DNA from: Candidatus Saccharimonadota bacterium
GTDB lineage: Bacteria > Patescibacteriota > Saccharimonadia > Saccharimonadales > UBA4665
Reading direction: 5' to 3'
NCBI GenBank assembly: GCA_963718045.1
Contig: OY970350.1
Span: forward strand, 570,001 to 602,000
DNA: 32,000 nucleotides
Shown here: positions 7,440 through 16,659 of the stretch, one piece after another
Numbering within the stretch: the first letter of the stretch is position 1
Layout of the letters: every line of letters begins with the position of its first letter
Translations under genes and position numbers: made by a program
Notes under the pieces: generated by a model
Told to the model about the DNA's origin: nothing
Seen by the model: the letters and a program-made list of their open reading frames with translations, nothing else
Database searches by the model: none

Positions 7440-7810
7440 TGGTGAGTCCTCGAATCTAATATGGTTGTCACTAGATAGTTTACCAGGCCGATAACCATCC
7501 CGGCAAATACTGCTGCCCAGAAATTGGTAATGTGAAGCGGATGATAGAGCTTAGAGACTACATATACGGTGAAGCCGTTAACAATAATCATAAAAAGACC
7601 AAGGCTTAAGACTATAGCCGGAAGAGATAAAATAACCAGTATTGGCTTAAGTATTAGGTTGATAGCTGCTAGGACTAATCCGGCAATAATTATGTCTATT
7701 GCCTTGTTAGATAAACTAATATCGTTACTTAGCAGGCTGGCGGCAATCCACAGCCCTAAGCTACAAACCAGCCAGCGGGTTATAAAACTTATAACACTCT
7801 TTCTTGCCAT
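7436..7810 (-). CDS. Four-TM membrane protein of the DUF360 / phage-holin-4_2 (YvlD-like) family
   Basis: 124 aa. Contains ILKPILVILSLPAIVLSLGLFMIIVNGF, typical of this family. An ATGA overlap joins it to the secG start. Confidence 0.72.
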   Translation of the reverse strand: MARKSVISFITRWLVCSLGLWIAASLLSNDISLSNKAIDIIIAGLVLAAINLILKPILVILSLPAIVLSLGLFMIIVNGFTVYVVSKLYHPLHITNFWAAVFAGMVIGLVNYLVTTILDSRTHQ

Positions 7811-7826
7811 CTCTTAGATTGTATCA

Positions 7827-9059
7827 TTAAAAGCTTAAGCTGTTTGGCAAATGACTACTTAAAACCTTGGCGCCATTTTTAGTTACCAGGACAACATCTT
7901 CAAGTCTTACGCCAATATGTTCATCACTAATATATATGCCGGGTTCAACGGTAATGACCATGTTTTCGGCCATTTTCAGGGAGTAGTCGGCGCTATCATG
8001 GGCATCTAAGCCAACCGAATGCGAACAGGCGTGAGGGTAATATTGCCTGTTTTGCCTGGTAGTTAGTTTGTCTATTAAATTCAGTCCCTTTAGCTTAAGG
8101 CCAACTAAATGCATTACGCTTTTCTCATAGGTCTTAAAATCTAGTCCGGGCTTAATCATTCCTATTACTTCACTTTGGACCTCACGAACAGCCTCGTGCA
8201 CTTCTTGTTGCCTAGCAGTTGGTCTACCGTAGCTAACTGTCCTGGTTATATCTGAACAGTAGAAAGAATATTCGGCGCCGACATCGCATACTATTAGTTC
8301 TCTATCTGTTAGTTTCCCATATTTACCGTAGTGGATAGTGGCAGCATTCCGGCCAGCGGCAACAACTGGAGCAAATGCATGACTGCTTCCACCTCTTTCC
8401 TTAAAACCCTTTAGTATATCGTCAGCTATTTCTTCGGTGTTTTTATACTTACCTAGTCTAGTCGAATTTAATACTTCTTTTAAGGTAGCGGTTGTGATGT
8501 CTGTTGCTTTCTCTATAAGCTTTATTTCAATCGGCTGTTTAATCATCCTCTGTCTTGCGAGCTCAAGCCTGGCATCTATAAACTTAACTCCCCGGAATTT
8601 TCTTTTAAGAGACTTATAAAGCTGGCGGCGAGCCGGATTTACGTACATCGAGAAATGCTCTAGCCTCACCGGGTTTGGCATGATCGTTGCTACAGTAGTC
8701 CGGTTATGGATGTGGGCAGCTATCTTTCCCCAGCCCGCGCGGCTATTTAAGACTTCTTTGATTCCTGAGATTTTGGTTAGCTCATTTCTATCTATTTCTT
8801 CTTCAAAGTTAATTTCAGCCATGTAACTACTGGGCACAATTAGAAATTCGACTTGACTTGATTTAAATAAGATTAAGTCTGGTTCGTTTAAACCAGTTAG
8901 ATACCAGAAGTTTGAGTCTTGCCTAAAGGGATAGGCTTGATCGGCCGATTTTTGCAGTAAGCCGGAAGCAGTTAAGATGAGACAGTCTGCCTTAAGAGCA
9001 CTAAATAATCTGTCTCTGTTACCTTTAAAGAAACTGCTAGGTATATCTGAACTTGGCAT
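7827..9059 (-). CDS. Xaa-Pro aminopeptidase (M24B family)
   Basis: AMP_N motif YPFRQDSNFWYLTG. Metal-ligand regions DVGAEYSFYCSDITRT, HSVGLDAHD, EPGIY and VRLEDVV. Confidence 0.9.
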   Translation of the reverse strand: MPSSDIPSSFFKGNRDRLFSALKADCLILTASGLLQKSADQAYPFRQDSNFWYLTGLNEPDLILFKSSQVEFLIVPSSYMAEINFEEEIDRNELTKISGIKEVLNSRAGWGKIAAHIHNRTTVATIMPNPVRLEHFSMYVNPARRQLYKSLKRKFRGVKFIDARLELARQRMIKQPIEIKLIEKATDITTATLKEVLNSTRLGKYKNTEEIADDILKGFKERGGSSHAFAPVVAAGRNAATIHYGKYGKLTDRELIVCDVGAEYSFYCSDITRTVSYGRPTARQQEVHEAVREVQSEVIGMIKPGLDFKTYEKSVMHLVGLKLKGLNLIDKLTTRQNRQYYPHACSHSVGLDAHDSADYSLKMAENMVITVEPGIYISDEHIGVRLEDVVLVTKNGAKVLSSHLPNSLSF

Positions 9060-9065
9060 AATTAT

Positions 9066-10586
9066 CTACTTTAGTATATCCAATGTATCAGTTTTGGCCG
9101 AGAAATATTGTCTAATCTGGCGAGCCTTAGATTTACCAACAACGTTAGCCAGTTCATTTATGCCAGCCGCTTGGATGTTTTCCAGGCCGCCAAATTTAAG
9201 CTGCAGTTTCTTTCTGGTAGCTGGGCCAATGCCCGGGATATCGTCAAGCAGTGAGGTGGTTTGTCTCTTTAACTTTAACAGCGAATGGTAACTGACGGCA
9301 AAGCGGTGGCTTTCGTCTCTAATTCTTTGAAGCAGCTTAATTAAGTTGGTGTTCAGCGGCAAGTCAATTAAAACGTAGTCTTTTGGTTCAGTTAAAAAGC
9401 CGCCTAGGCTGTTTAAGATCTTTTTATCTATAGTTACATTGGATCTTAATTTATCGACAACAATTTGTTCCTGTCTTTTGGCCAGGCCTATAAAAGGAAT
9501 GTCACTATGGCCTTCTTCGTCTCTGGCTTTAAGGGCTGCATCAAGCTGGCCTTTGCCGCCGTCAATTAGGACTAAATCTGGGATTCCCCATAGTTTTATG
9601 TTCTTTGGCGTTAGTCTCCGCTGTAATGTTTCATGCATGTTAAAGAAGTCATCATTTTGATCTTTGCGCATCTTAAACTTCCGGTAGCGGCTTTTATCTG
9701 AAACGCCGTTAGTAAAGACGATCATGCTGGCAGTAACGTCACTGCCCTGCATATGGCTGATATCATATGCTTCAATTCTTTTGGGACAATCCTTTAGTTT
9801 TAACAGGTTTACAAGTTCGTTTAGGGCATGGTCTTTGGATATATCAAGGAACTCTTTGTCGCTAAAGATTACTTGTTTGGATAGGTTGTCTAGAGCGGTT
9901 AATTGGTTCCTTAATTTAGCTGCCTTCTCAAAGTCCTGAGTTTTTGCAGCCAGTTCCATTTCTTTTCTTAGTTCAGTCTTAATCTGGTTTTTATTACCGG
10001 AAATGACAGCCATTAGTTTTCTCAGGTTAGCGCGGTAATCTTTTAGACTTGTCCGGCCTTCTTCAAGACCGGGGTCAAGCCCAAGATGGTAATAAAGACT
10101 GGCCCTTTTTTGATTAGGCTGCCTATAAGTTGCATAAGGGAAGATTCGTCTTAGCGGTTTTAAGGCTTGGCGAAGCGATTTAACGCTTAAAAACGGGCCG
10201 AAATATTTGGCATTGTCATCCAGGGGACGGCGGGTTGTTGAGACTGTCGGGTAGTCACTTTTATAGTCTATCCTTAGATAAGCCATCGATTTATCATCCC
10301 GGAGCAGTATGTTATATTTCGGTAAGTAGCGGCGGATCATCTCAGCTTCTAAAAACAGCGCTTCAATTTCACTATCCACGACCATCCAGTCAACATCAGC
10401 AATTTCGTTAACTAAGCTTTCTGTTTTAGCGTCACGGTTTTTTGAACTTTGGAAATATTGTCTGACCCTGTTTTTAAGAACAGCTGCCTTACCGACATAA
10501 AGTATTTCGCCGTTCTTCGCGCGGTGAAAATATACTCCCGGTGAGTTAGGCAACTCCTTCAGTTTGGCTTTGAGTTTTTTGTCCAC
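9066..10586 (-). CDS. uvrC: Excinuclease ABC subunit C (compact, 506 aa; GTG start)
   Basis: GIY-YIG motif PGVYFHRAKNGEILYVGKA, UVR domain FEKAAKLRNQLTAL, and C-terminal HhH IPGIGPATRKKL...AGINELANV. The start codon at 10586..10584 is GTG. Confidence 0.93.
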   Translation of the reverse strand: MDKKLKAKLKELPNSPGVYFHRAKNGEILYVGKAAVLKNRVRQYFQSSKNRDAKTESLVNEIADVDWMVVDSEIEALFLEAEMIRRYLPKYNILLRDDKSMAYLRIDYKSDYPTVSTTRRPLDDNAKYFGPFLSVKSLRQALKPLRRIFPYATYRQPNQKRASLYYHLGLDPGLEEGRTSLKDYRANLRKLMAVISGNKNQIKTELRKEMELAAKTQDFEKAAKLRNQLTALDNLSKQVIFSDKEFLDISKDHALNELVNLLKLKDCPKRIEAYDISHMQGSDVTASMIVFTNGVSDKSRYRKFKMRKDQNDDFFNMHETLQRRLTPKNIKLWGIPDLVLIDGGKGQLDAALKARDEEGHSDIPFIGLAKRQEQIVVDKLRSNVTIDKKILNSLGGFLTEPKDYVLIDLPLNTNLIKLLQRIRDESHRFAVSYHSLLKLKRQTTSLLDDIPGIGPATRKKLQLKFGGLENIQAAGINELANVVGKSKARQIRQYFSAKTDTLDILK

Positions 10587-10592
10587 AAATCT

Positions 10593-12062
10593 CTATCTCT
10601 TCATTATTACGTAAATAATTGCGGCCGTGAGTATTAGAATTAAAGCCAGCAGGACAACATCGGCTACCCTTTTAAGCAGGCCAGACCTGCCTTTAAAATT
10701 ATTAACTATAGCCGGCATTTTTGTGCTCTTAGCCGGTTTGTCTGGCAAGATGGTCTGAGCTGGCTCACTCCAATCTATACCTGATTTTTGCAGTAAATTA
10801 TCTAGCCGGGTGCTTTGAGCAAATACCGGCAGCGTAGAACCCTGATCCCTAAGTTTAGGGTCACGTTCAAAGTCTTTCTCTTTTTCCAGAAGTTCACGCC
10901 TTAAGGTTTCCTTGTAGTCGCCGCCTCTTAGATGTTCAGCGATAATTCGTCTTAATCCTTTCTCACCAATCAAGTGTTTATTAAAGGTTTCTTTTAGGTT
11001 TGAATCTCCGACTTTAATCTCCTCGGCTAGACGTAAAAGTTCATCGCGATCCATAGTGTGGGCACTAATACCGGCTGCCTCTCTTTTAGCGACAGTACGA
11101 TTTTCTTCTTTCCCCGCTAATCTGTAGCCTTCGTCTACTCGTTCAGGTTTTATAGCATTGGCATTGATGGTTTCCTGCTTTGTCTGCTCACGGCGTACTA
11201 CATCCTCTGGCCTTTTTTCAAATGCCTTATTTTTAGCTATTTGACGTACATGGGTCTCGTGAGATGCAAGCTGCAGTTTAATATCTATAACCTCTCCCTT
11301 AAGTGTTTTTTCAACATCTATGTGGCTGGCTTCAGGATTTAGCCGGCCATATCTTCGGCCAATAATGTAGTCTATGATGCCCTCGGTAACAGGTTTAGAT
11401 TCGGTTCTTTCCTTCTTTTTTTGTTTTTCAGGCACTGCCTTTGTTCGGCGGAGATTCCAAGTTTTTTCAGTTTGTTCTTTGACTTCTTCTTTTGGCAGTT
11501 CATGTTTAGGCAACTCATAACTAACGTGCGGGGATATTTCTTGTCTGGCAGCTTCAATTAAGCTCTCCGGGTCGACCGGCGGAGCTGTTTCGGTGCGGAA
11601 CTCAATAGGTATAGTGGTTTCAATACTGGCTTCACCAAGCTCTTCCATGGTTTCCTGAAAGGATTGGTCTATATCCCCGGTAGCCTGGACATTTTCTAGG
11701 AAGCTTTCAGCAGCCAGGTCTTCCGATTTTGGTACTTCTGGTTCTTGGCTTTTGATTTCTTCCAGCCTGTCAGTAGCGATTGTCTGGGCAACAGCCACAA
11801 TTTCAGGTTCGTTTAAATGTTCAACTGAAGCTTCAGCTTCTAGTTCTGGATTCAGGTCGGCTGGTTCTTCATTTAATTTTTCAGAGTTTTTCTCTAAAGT
11901 TGTCTTAAGCAGTAGTTCGCTTAATGCTGACCTGGGTTTTTCGGCCGAGTCTTCGGCCGAACTGCCTATTAATTCTATTTTAGATGGCTTTTCGGGCTTA
12001 GCTTCAGCATCCTTGTCTTTCTCTTCTTTTTCACCACCAAAGTCGTAGGCTAAGCCTTCCAT
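10593..12062 (-). CDS. Hypothetical acidic (Glu/Lys-rich) protein with a single C-terminal TM anchor
   Basis: 489 aa. The N-terminal ~230 aa are a low-complexity acidic region. More ordered segments include GIIDYIIGRRYGRLNPE and HLIGEKGLRRIIAEHLRGGDY. The C-terminal TM helix is VADVVLLALILILTAAIIYVIMKR. No family was recognised. Confidence 0.75.
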   Translation of the reverse strand: MEGLAYDFGGEKEEKDKDAEAKPEKPSKIELIGSSAEDSAEKPRSALSELLLKTTLEKNSEKLNEEPADLNPELEAEASVEHLNEPEIVAVAQTIATDRLEEIKSQEPEVPKSEDLAAESFLENVQATGDIDQSFQETMEELGEASIETTIPIEFRTETAPPVDPESLIEAARQEISPHVSYELPKHELPKEEVKEQTEKTWNLRRTKAVPEKQKKKERTESKPVTEGIIDYIIGRRYGRLNPEASHIDVEKTLKGEVIDIKLQLASHETHVRQIAKNKAFEKRPEDVVRREQTKQETINANAIKPERVDEGYRLAGKEENRTVAKREAAGISAHTMDRDELLRLAEEIKVGDSNLKETFNKHLIGEKGLRRIIAEHLRGGDYKETLRRELLEKEKDFERDPKLRDQGSTLPVFAQSTRLDNLLQKSGIDWSEPAQTILPDKPAKSTKMPAIVNNFKGRSGLLKRVADVVLLALILILTAAIIYVIMKR

Positions 12063-12068
12063 GACTAA

Positions 12069-12797
12069 TTATCTCTTCTCTACTTGCTCTTTGCTCTCAG
12101 CTGAACTATCTTCTTTAGCTTCGATATTTTCACCTTCTTCAGTTACCTCTTCGCCTTCGGCAGTCTCTTCGGTTTCTGGTATTTCTTCTTCAGCTGTGCC
12201 GCCGGCAGCATCGTTGGCGGCAGCTACGGCACTAGGTTCAAAGACACTGGCGATGGGCTGGTTTGGTTCATCTTTTACGGTGATGCCGCTGGGTAAAATA
12301 AGCTCACTAACTAAGACGTGATCGCCCACTTCTACTAGCTTTTCGGCATTGTAGTAAAGGACGTCTGGCAAATCCTTAGGTAATGCTTCAACTGTCACGC
12401 TTTCAAGGTTATTAAGGACAATCAGACCACTGCGTTCAGCGGGGCTTGCTTCATTGCCTTCATCGTATTTAGGTTCAACGGATATTTCTGCTTCAACTAT
12501 TTGGTCGGCAGCTACAGCGTTAAAAACAAGATGGGTCAGAGTGTGCTTACACGGTTCAAATTCAGCATCTTTAATCAGGGTAGTGAACTTTTTCCCATTG
12601 GTAGTTACTTCAATAGTGTGGTGTTTTCCAGCCTGGCGATAGACTTTCAATAGATTAACGCTGTCTCCTTGGACAACTAAAGATTCCTGCCCATGGTTAT
12701 GTATTACGGCTGGTGTTTTACCATGACTTCTAAGGTGTTTTACGCCTTTACCAAGAGTCTTTCTCTCTTCCAGTTCAACTTCAATAACATCAGACAT
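12069..12797 (-). CDS. rplY: Ribosomal protein bL25 (Ctc form with acidic C-terminal extension)
   Basis: The N-terminal region is RKTLGKGVKHLRSHGKTPAVIHNHGQESLVVQGD...LIKDAEFEPCKHTLTHLVF. GAGGAG lies 12 nt upstream of the ATG. Confidence 0.9.
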   Translation of the reverse strand: MSDVIEVELEERKTLGKGVKHLRSHGKTPAVIHNHGQESLVVQGDSVNLLKVYRQAGKHHTIEVTTNGKKFTTLIKDAEFEPCKHTLTHLVFNAVAADQIVEAEISVEPKYDEGNEASPAERSGLIVLNNLESVTVEALPKDLPDVLYYNAEKLVEVGDHVLVSELILPSGITVKDEPNQPIASVFEPSAVAAANDAAGGTAEEEIPETEETAEGEEVTEEGENIEAKEDSSAESKEQVEKR

Positions 12798-12832
12798 CTT
12801 TTATAGTTACTCCTCTAGCATTCTTTCCCCCT

Positions 12833-12840
12833 ATTATACA
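12833..12840 (-). promoter_or_regulatory. -10 element TGTATAAT heading the rplY-to-SBP gene train
   Basis: The minus strand reads cTGTATAAT, then a 35-nt leader with GAGGAG, then ATG. The identical 8-mer precedes uvrA. Confidence 0.4.
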
Positions 12841-12893
12841 GATAAGGCTCGCGATTTGCTAGAAGCAGGTTTATTAAGTTAAGCTTTAAGGAC

Positions 12894-13508
12894 ATGTTTA
12901 ATGTGACGCACATAATCCAGTCCGGCGGTTTAATCTTTCTCGGTCTTTTTTTATTTTCTGAAGTTGGTTTGTTTTTAGGCTTCTTTTTGCCTGGTGATAC
13001 TCTGCTACTAACAGCCGGTATTTATGCTATGCAGGGGAAACTGCCAATTGCTGGTGTCATTATTGTCGCCGCACTGGCGGCAATTGCCGGTGATACAACG
13101 GCTTACCTTATTGGCCGGCACTTAGGTAGAAGGATCTTTAAAAAGGAAGAGAGTGCCCTGTTTAATCCGAAACACGTGATTAGGGCTGAGAAGTTTTATG
13201 AGAAGTACGGCGCCAGAGCAGTCCTCATTTCTCACTATCTGCCGGTGGTCAGAACCTTTACGCCCCTTATCGGCGGGGTAGCCAGTATGCCTTATCCAAA
13301 GTTTTTAGCTTTTGATGGCCTTGGCGATACTTCCTGGGCAATCCTTTTAAGTCTGCTTGGCTACTATGTAGCCAGCCGCATTCCGAATATTGACCACTAC
13401 ATACTGTATGCTGTTGCCGCCGTTATTGTGCTGTCAGCCGGTCCAACAATTATTCAAATTGTCAGATATAGGCTTAAAAAGAAGGCCAAAAAGACTAAAG
13501 ATGCTTAG
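12894..13508 (+). CDS. DedA family membrane protein
   Basis: [20 protein letters not shown] motif, multiple TM helices, and a basic C-terminal tail. Confidence 0.9.
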   Translation: MFNVTHIIQSGGLIFLGLFLFSEVGLFLGFFLPGDTLLLTAGIYAMQGKLPIAGVIIVAALAAIAGDTTAYLIGRHLGRRIFKKEESALFNPKHVIRAEKFYEKYGARAVLISHYLPVVRTFTPLIGGVASMPYPKFLAFDGLGDTSWAILLSLLGYYVASRIPNIDHYILYAVAAVIVLSAGPTIIQIVRYRLKKKAKKTKDA

Positions 13509-16305
13509 CTAAGAATTGGCCGGTGTAGCTAGATTTTACTTTAGCGACTTGTTCTGGAGTACCGTAGGCTATTATTTCACCGCCCTGATCGCCGCCTTCC
13601 GGGCCCATATCTATAAGAAAGTCGCCGTTTTTAATAACGTCCAGGTTATGTTCAATAACAATCATGCTGTTGCCGTTATCTACCAGAGCATGCAGCACAC
13701 CGAGCAGTTTTAAGACATCGTCAATATGCAGTCCGGTTGTTGGCTCGTCTAGAATATACAGGGTTCGTCCGGTTGGTCTTTTAGATAGTTCAGTGGCTAA
13801 TTTGACTCTTTGGGCTTCACCGCCGGACAGAGTTGTTGCCGGCTGGCCAAGCTCAATATAGCCGAGGCCGACATCTACTAGAGTCTGCAGTTTACGGGCA
13901 ATGGCTGGTATATTCTCGAAGAATTCATTGGCCTGTTCGGTGGTCATATTTAAAATGTCGCTTATATTCTTGCCTTTATAGTGAATCTCTAACGCTTCCC
14001 GGTTATATCTTTGGCTATGACAGACTTCGCAGGGCACATAAACATCCGGCAGAAAATGCATTTCAATTTTAATGATGCCGTCACCCTGGCAGTTCTCGCA
14101 CCTGCCGCCTTTGACGTTAAAGCTGAAGCGGCCGGCGCTATAGCCTCTAAGTCTGGCTTCTGGGGTTGAGGCAAATAACTCACGGATTGGCGTAAACAAA
14201 CCGGTATAGGTAGCCGGATTGGATCTTGGTGTCCGGCCGATTGGCGACTGGTTGATGATAATAGCTTTATCCAGATTGTCTATGCCTTCAATATCTTTAT
14301 GCCGGCCTGATGCTTCTTTACTGTGATGGAGACGAGCCTGGAGTTCTTTGGCCAGGATATCGTTAATTAGGCTGGACTTGCCAGAACCTGAGACTCCCGT
14401 AACTACTACCAGTTCGCCTAAAGGAATGGTTACGTCAATTTCTTTGAGATTGTTTTCTTTAGCGCCTCGGATGATTAATTTCTTGCCGTTGCCGGTCCGG
14501 CGTTTTCTTAGGATCGGTATTTCCTTTTGGTGGGACAGATACTGGGCGGTAATGCTATCCTTAACTTTAGCGACATCTTCCGGCTTGCCGGAAGCTATTA
14601 TTTCACCGCCGTGAATGCCGGCACCAGGACCAATGTCGACTAGAAAGTCGGCTGATCTTATCGTCTCTTCATCATGCTCAACAACAATAACGGTGTTACC
14701 AATATCCCTTAGGTTTTTTAGGGTCGCTATCAGCCTGGCATTATCTCTTTGGTGAAGTCCAATTGACGGTTCGTCTAGAACATAGAGTACTCCCATCAGG
14801 CCGGAGCCAATTTGGGTGGCTAGTCTGATCCTCTGGGCTTCACCGCCAGACAATGTAGTGGCCCCTCTGATTAAGCTTAGGTAGTTTAGGCCGACATCTA
14901 CCAGGAATTTAAGCCTGGCTAATATTTCCTTAAGGATTAGCTTGGCTATCAGCTTATCGTTATCCGATAGTTCAATCTTACTAAACCAAGTAACTGCCTC
15001 GTCTATTGACAGCTGGCAGAGATCCATTATGGATCTGCCGCTAATAGTTATGGCTAGAACTTCTGGTTTTAACCTGAGTCCGTTGCAGGCGCGGCAGGGT
15101 ATTTCCTGCATATATCTTTCAATGTCTCGGCGGACAAAGTCGCTTTCTGTCTCCCGGTGTTTTCTTTCAAGATCCGGAATAACGCCTGCGTAGGTGGTAT
15201 TGAAACTCCGTCCGTGACCAATACTGATGCTGTATATTTCACTGCCGGTACCGTAGAGGATTTTATTTATTTGATCGGCAGTTAAATCCGAGGTTGGCAC
15301 ATGCAGGCTGAAGTTATATCTTTCGGCTAAGACTTCCAGTTTCTTGCGGTACCAGCTATCGGCATTTATCCGGTTATACGGCCTGATGGCTCCTTCAGCA
15401 ATAGTTAAGTTGCCGTTTGGAATAACAAGTTCAGGGTCTACTTCTAACCGCGAACCAAGACCGGTGCAAACCTTACAGGCTCCGTGAGGCGAGTTAAAAC
15501 TGAACGTTCTTGGTTCAAGTTCAGGTATGGCTATTTCCGGGTGGTCCTTGCAGGCATACTGGAGACTGTATGTGTCAGTCGAGCTGTCTTCAACTCTATA
15601 AACGCTGACGTTGCCATCGGCAATTTCCAGTGCCTGTTCAACTGATTGGGCTAGTCTGGTTCTAGAATCTTCATTATTAACTAACCTATCGACAACTACT
15701 TCAATAGTGTGCCGGTAGTTTTTATCTAACTCGGGAAATTCATCCAGGGCATAGACTATCCTATCGACCCGAACACGGGCAAAGCCGGCACGCATATATT
15801 GTTCGGGAATATGCTCAAAGGCACCTTTTTTATCTATGACTACGGGGGCAAGTATCATGAGGCGGGCATCTTTGGCTGTAACAGCTATTTGATCGACTAT
15901 CCCCTGAGTTGTCTGGCGCTGGACAACTGAGCCGTCAATCGGGCAGTGCGGTATGCCTATCCGGGCATAAAGCAGTCTTAAGTAATCGTATATCTCAGTA
16001 ACTGTGGCGACTGTTGAGCGGGGGTTATGGCTGGTCGATTTCTGGTCGATGCTAATAGCTGGGCTAAGGCCGTCTATCTGGTCAACATCCGGCTTTTCCA
16101 TAAGGCCTAGGAATTGGCGGGCATAGGCGCTTAGCGATTCAACGTATCTTCTTTGGCCTTCGGCATAAATAGTGTCAAAAGCCAGCGAACTCTTACCGGA
16201 GCCGCTCAAACCGGTAATAACCACTAGCTTATTTCTAGGGATGGTAATATCTATGTTTTTTAGATTATGTTCCCTAGCACCTTTAACAACTATTTGATCA
16301 GCCAA
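13495..16305 (-). CDS. uvrA: Excinuclease ABC subunit A (TTG start)
   Basis: Two Walker A motifs ([18 protein letters not shown]), two LSGGEAQR signatures, and zinc modules CKVCTGLG and CENCQGDG...CEVC. The start codon at 16305..16303 is TTG, with GGAG 5 nt upstream. Confidence 0.98.
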   Translation of the reverse strand: MADQIVVKGAREHNLKNIDITIPRNKLVVITGLSGSGKSSLAFDTIYAEGQRRYVESLSAYARQFLGLMEKPDVDQIDGLSPAISIDQKSTSHNPRSTVATVTEIYDYLRLLYARIGIPHCPIDGSVVQRQTTQGIVDQIAVTAKDARLMILAPVVIDKKGAFEHIPEQYMRAGFARVRVDRIVYALDEFPELDKNYRHTIEVVVDRLVNNEDSRTRLAQSVEQALEIADGNVSVYRVEDSSTDTYSLQYACKDHPEIAIPELEPRTFSFNSPHGACKVCTGLGSRLEVDPELVIPNGNLTIAEGAIRPYNRINADSWYRKKLEVLAERYNFSLHVPTSDLTADQINKILYGTGSEIYSISIGHGRSFNTTYAGVIPDLERKHRETESDFVRRDIERYMQEIPCRACNGLRLKPEVLAITISGRSIMDLCQLSIDEAVTWFSKIELSDNDKLIAKLILKEILARLKFLVDVGLNYLSLIRGATTLSGGEAQRIRLATQIGSGLMGVLYVLDEPSIGLHQRDNARLIATLKNLRDIGNTVIVVEHDEETIRSADFLVDIGPGAGIHGGEIIASGKPEDVAKVKDSITAQYLSHQKEIPILRKRRTGNGKKLIIRGAKENNLKEIDVTIPLGELVVVTGVSGSGKSSLINDILAKELQARLHHSKEASGRHKDIEGIDNLDKAIIINQSPIGRTPRSNPATYTGLFTPIRELFASTPEARLRGYSAGRFSFNVKGGRCENCQGDGIIKIEMHFLPDVYVPCEVCHSQRYNREALEIHYKGKNISDILNMTTEQANEFFENIPAIARKLQTLVDVGLGYIELGQPATTLSGGEAQRVKLATELSKRPTGRTLYILDEPTTGLHIDDVLKLLGVLHALVDNGNSMIVIEHNLDVIKNGDFLIDMGPEGGDQGGEIIAYGTPEQVAKVKSSYTGQFLAKHL

Positions 16306-16330
16306 TTTTACTCCAAAATTTAGTGCGTCA

Positions 16331-16338
16331 ATTATACA
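16331..16338 (-). promoter_or_regulatory. -10 element TGTATAAT for uvrA
   Basis: The minus strand reads cTGTATAAT, then a 25-nt leader with GGAG, then TTG. There is no good -35. Confidence 0.35.
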
Positions 16339-16394
16339 GGAAAATTTGATGCTCGGATAGTCTCTAAGAAGGGATATGGATAAAATATGTATAT

Positions 16395-16423
16395 TTGACT
16401 TTTTGTCTATTTAGTGATATATA
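16395..16423 (+). promoter_or_regulatory. Near-consensus promoter TTGACT-17 nt-TGaTATATA for the small ORF at 16450
   Basis: The plus strand reads TTGACT-ttttgtctatttagtga-TATATA. TG sits at the extended -10 position, and AAAGGGG lies 9 nt before the ATG. Confidence 0.55.
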
Positions 16424-16449
16424 GATAAACAACAAAGGGGTGCTTATTT

Positions 16450-16659
16450 ATGTTAATGTTTCTAGTTCTAGGGCTAATTCCTGGGACAAATATCCAAATT
16501 GGTTTTTATTTTTGGGTAGTTATTTTTATTGCCCTATTTCTTATTTGCCTAAGGTCATATATCTCTTATTACCGTGAAGTTAAAAAGTTAACTATTTTGC
16601 TATCTCTCAGACGTTCTCTGCCGGCACATCAGCTCCATAGTCGTTTAAGATATTTTTAG
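16450..16659 (+). CDS. Small hydrophobic membrane protein (69 aa), hypothetical
   Basis: MLMFLVLGLIPGTNIQIGFYFWVVIFIALFLICL is followed by a basic tail. A strong promoter and an SD lie upstream. The last 53 nt overlap the sbcB 3' end in antisense. Confidence 0.5.
   Translation: MLMFLVLGLIPGTNIQIGFYFWVVIFIALFLICLRSYISYYREVKKLTILLSLRRSLPAHQLHSRLRYF

Noticed and set aside
13516-15193. Six plus-strand ORFs of 65-88 aa (13516..13713, 13664..13861, 13833..14072, 14348..14614, 14942..15193) and one minus-strand out-of-frame ORF (13989..14183) inside uvrA
   Set aside because: All lie within the strongly supported uvrA reading frame. Their compositions are odd and Ser/Leu/Arg-rich, as expected of antisense or off-frame translation. 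None has a promoter or SD.
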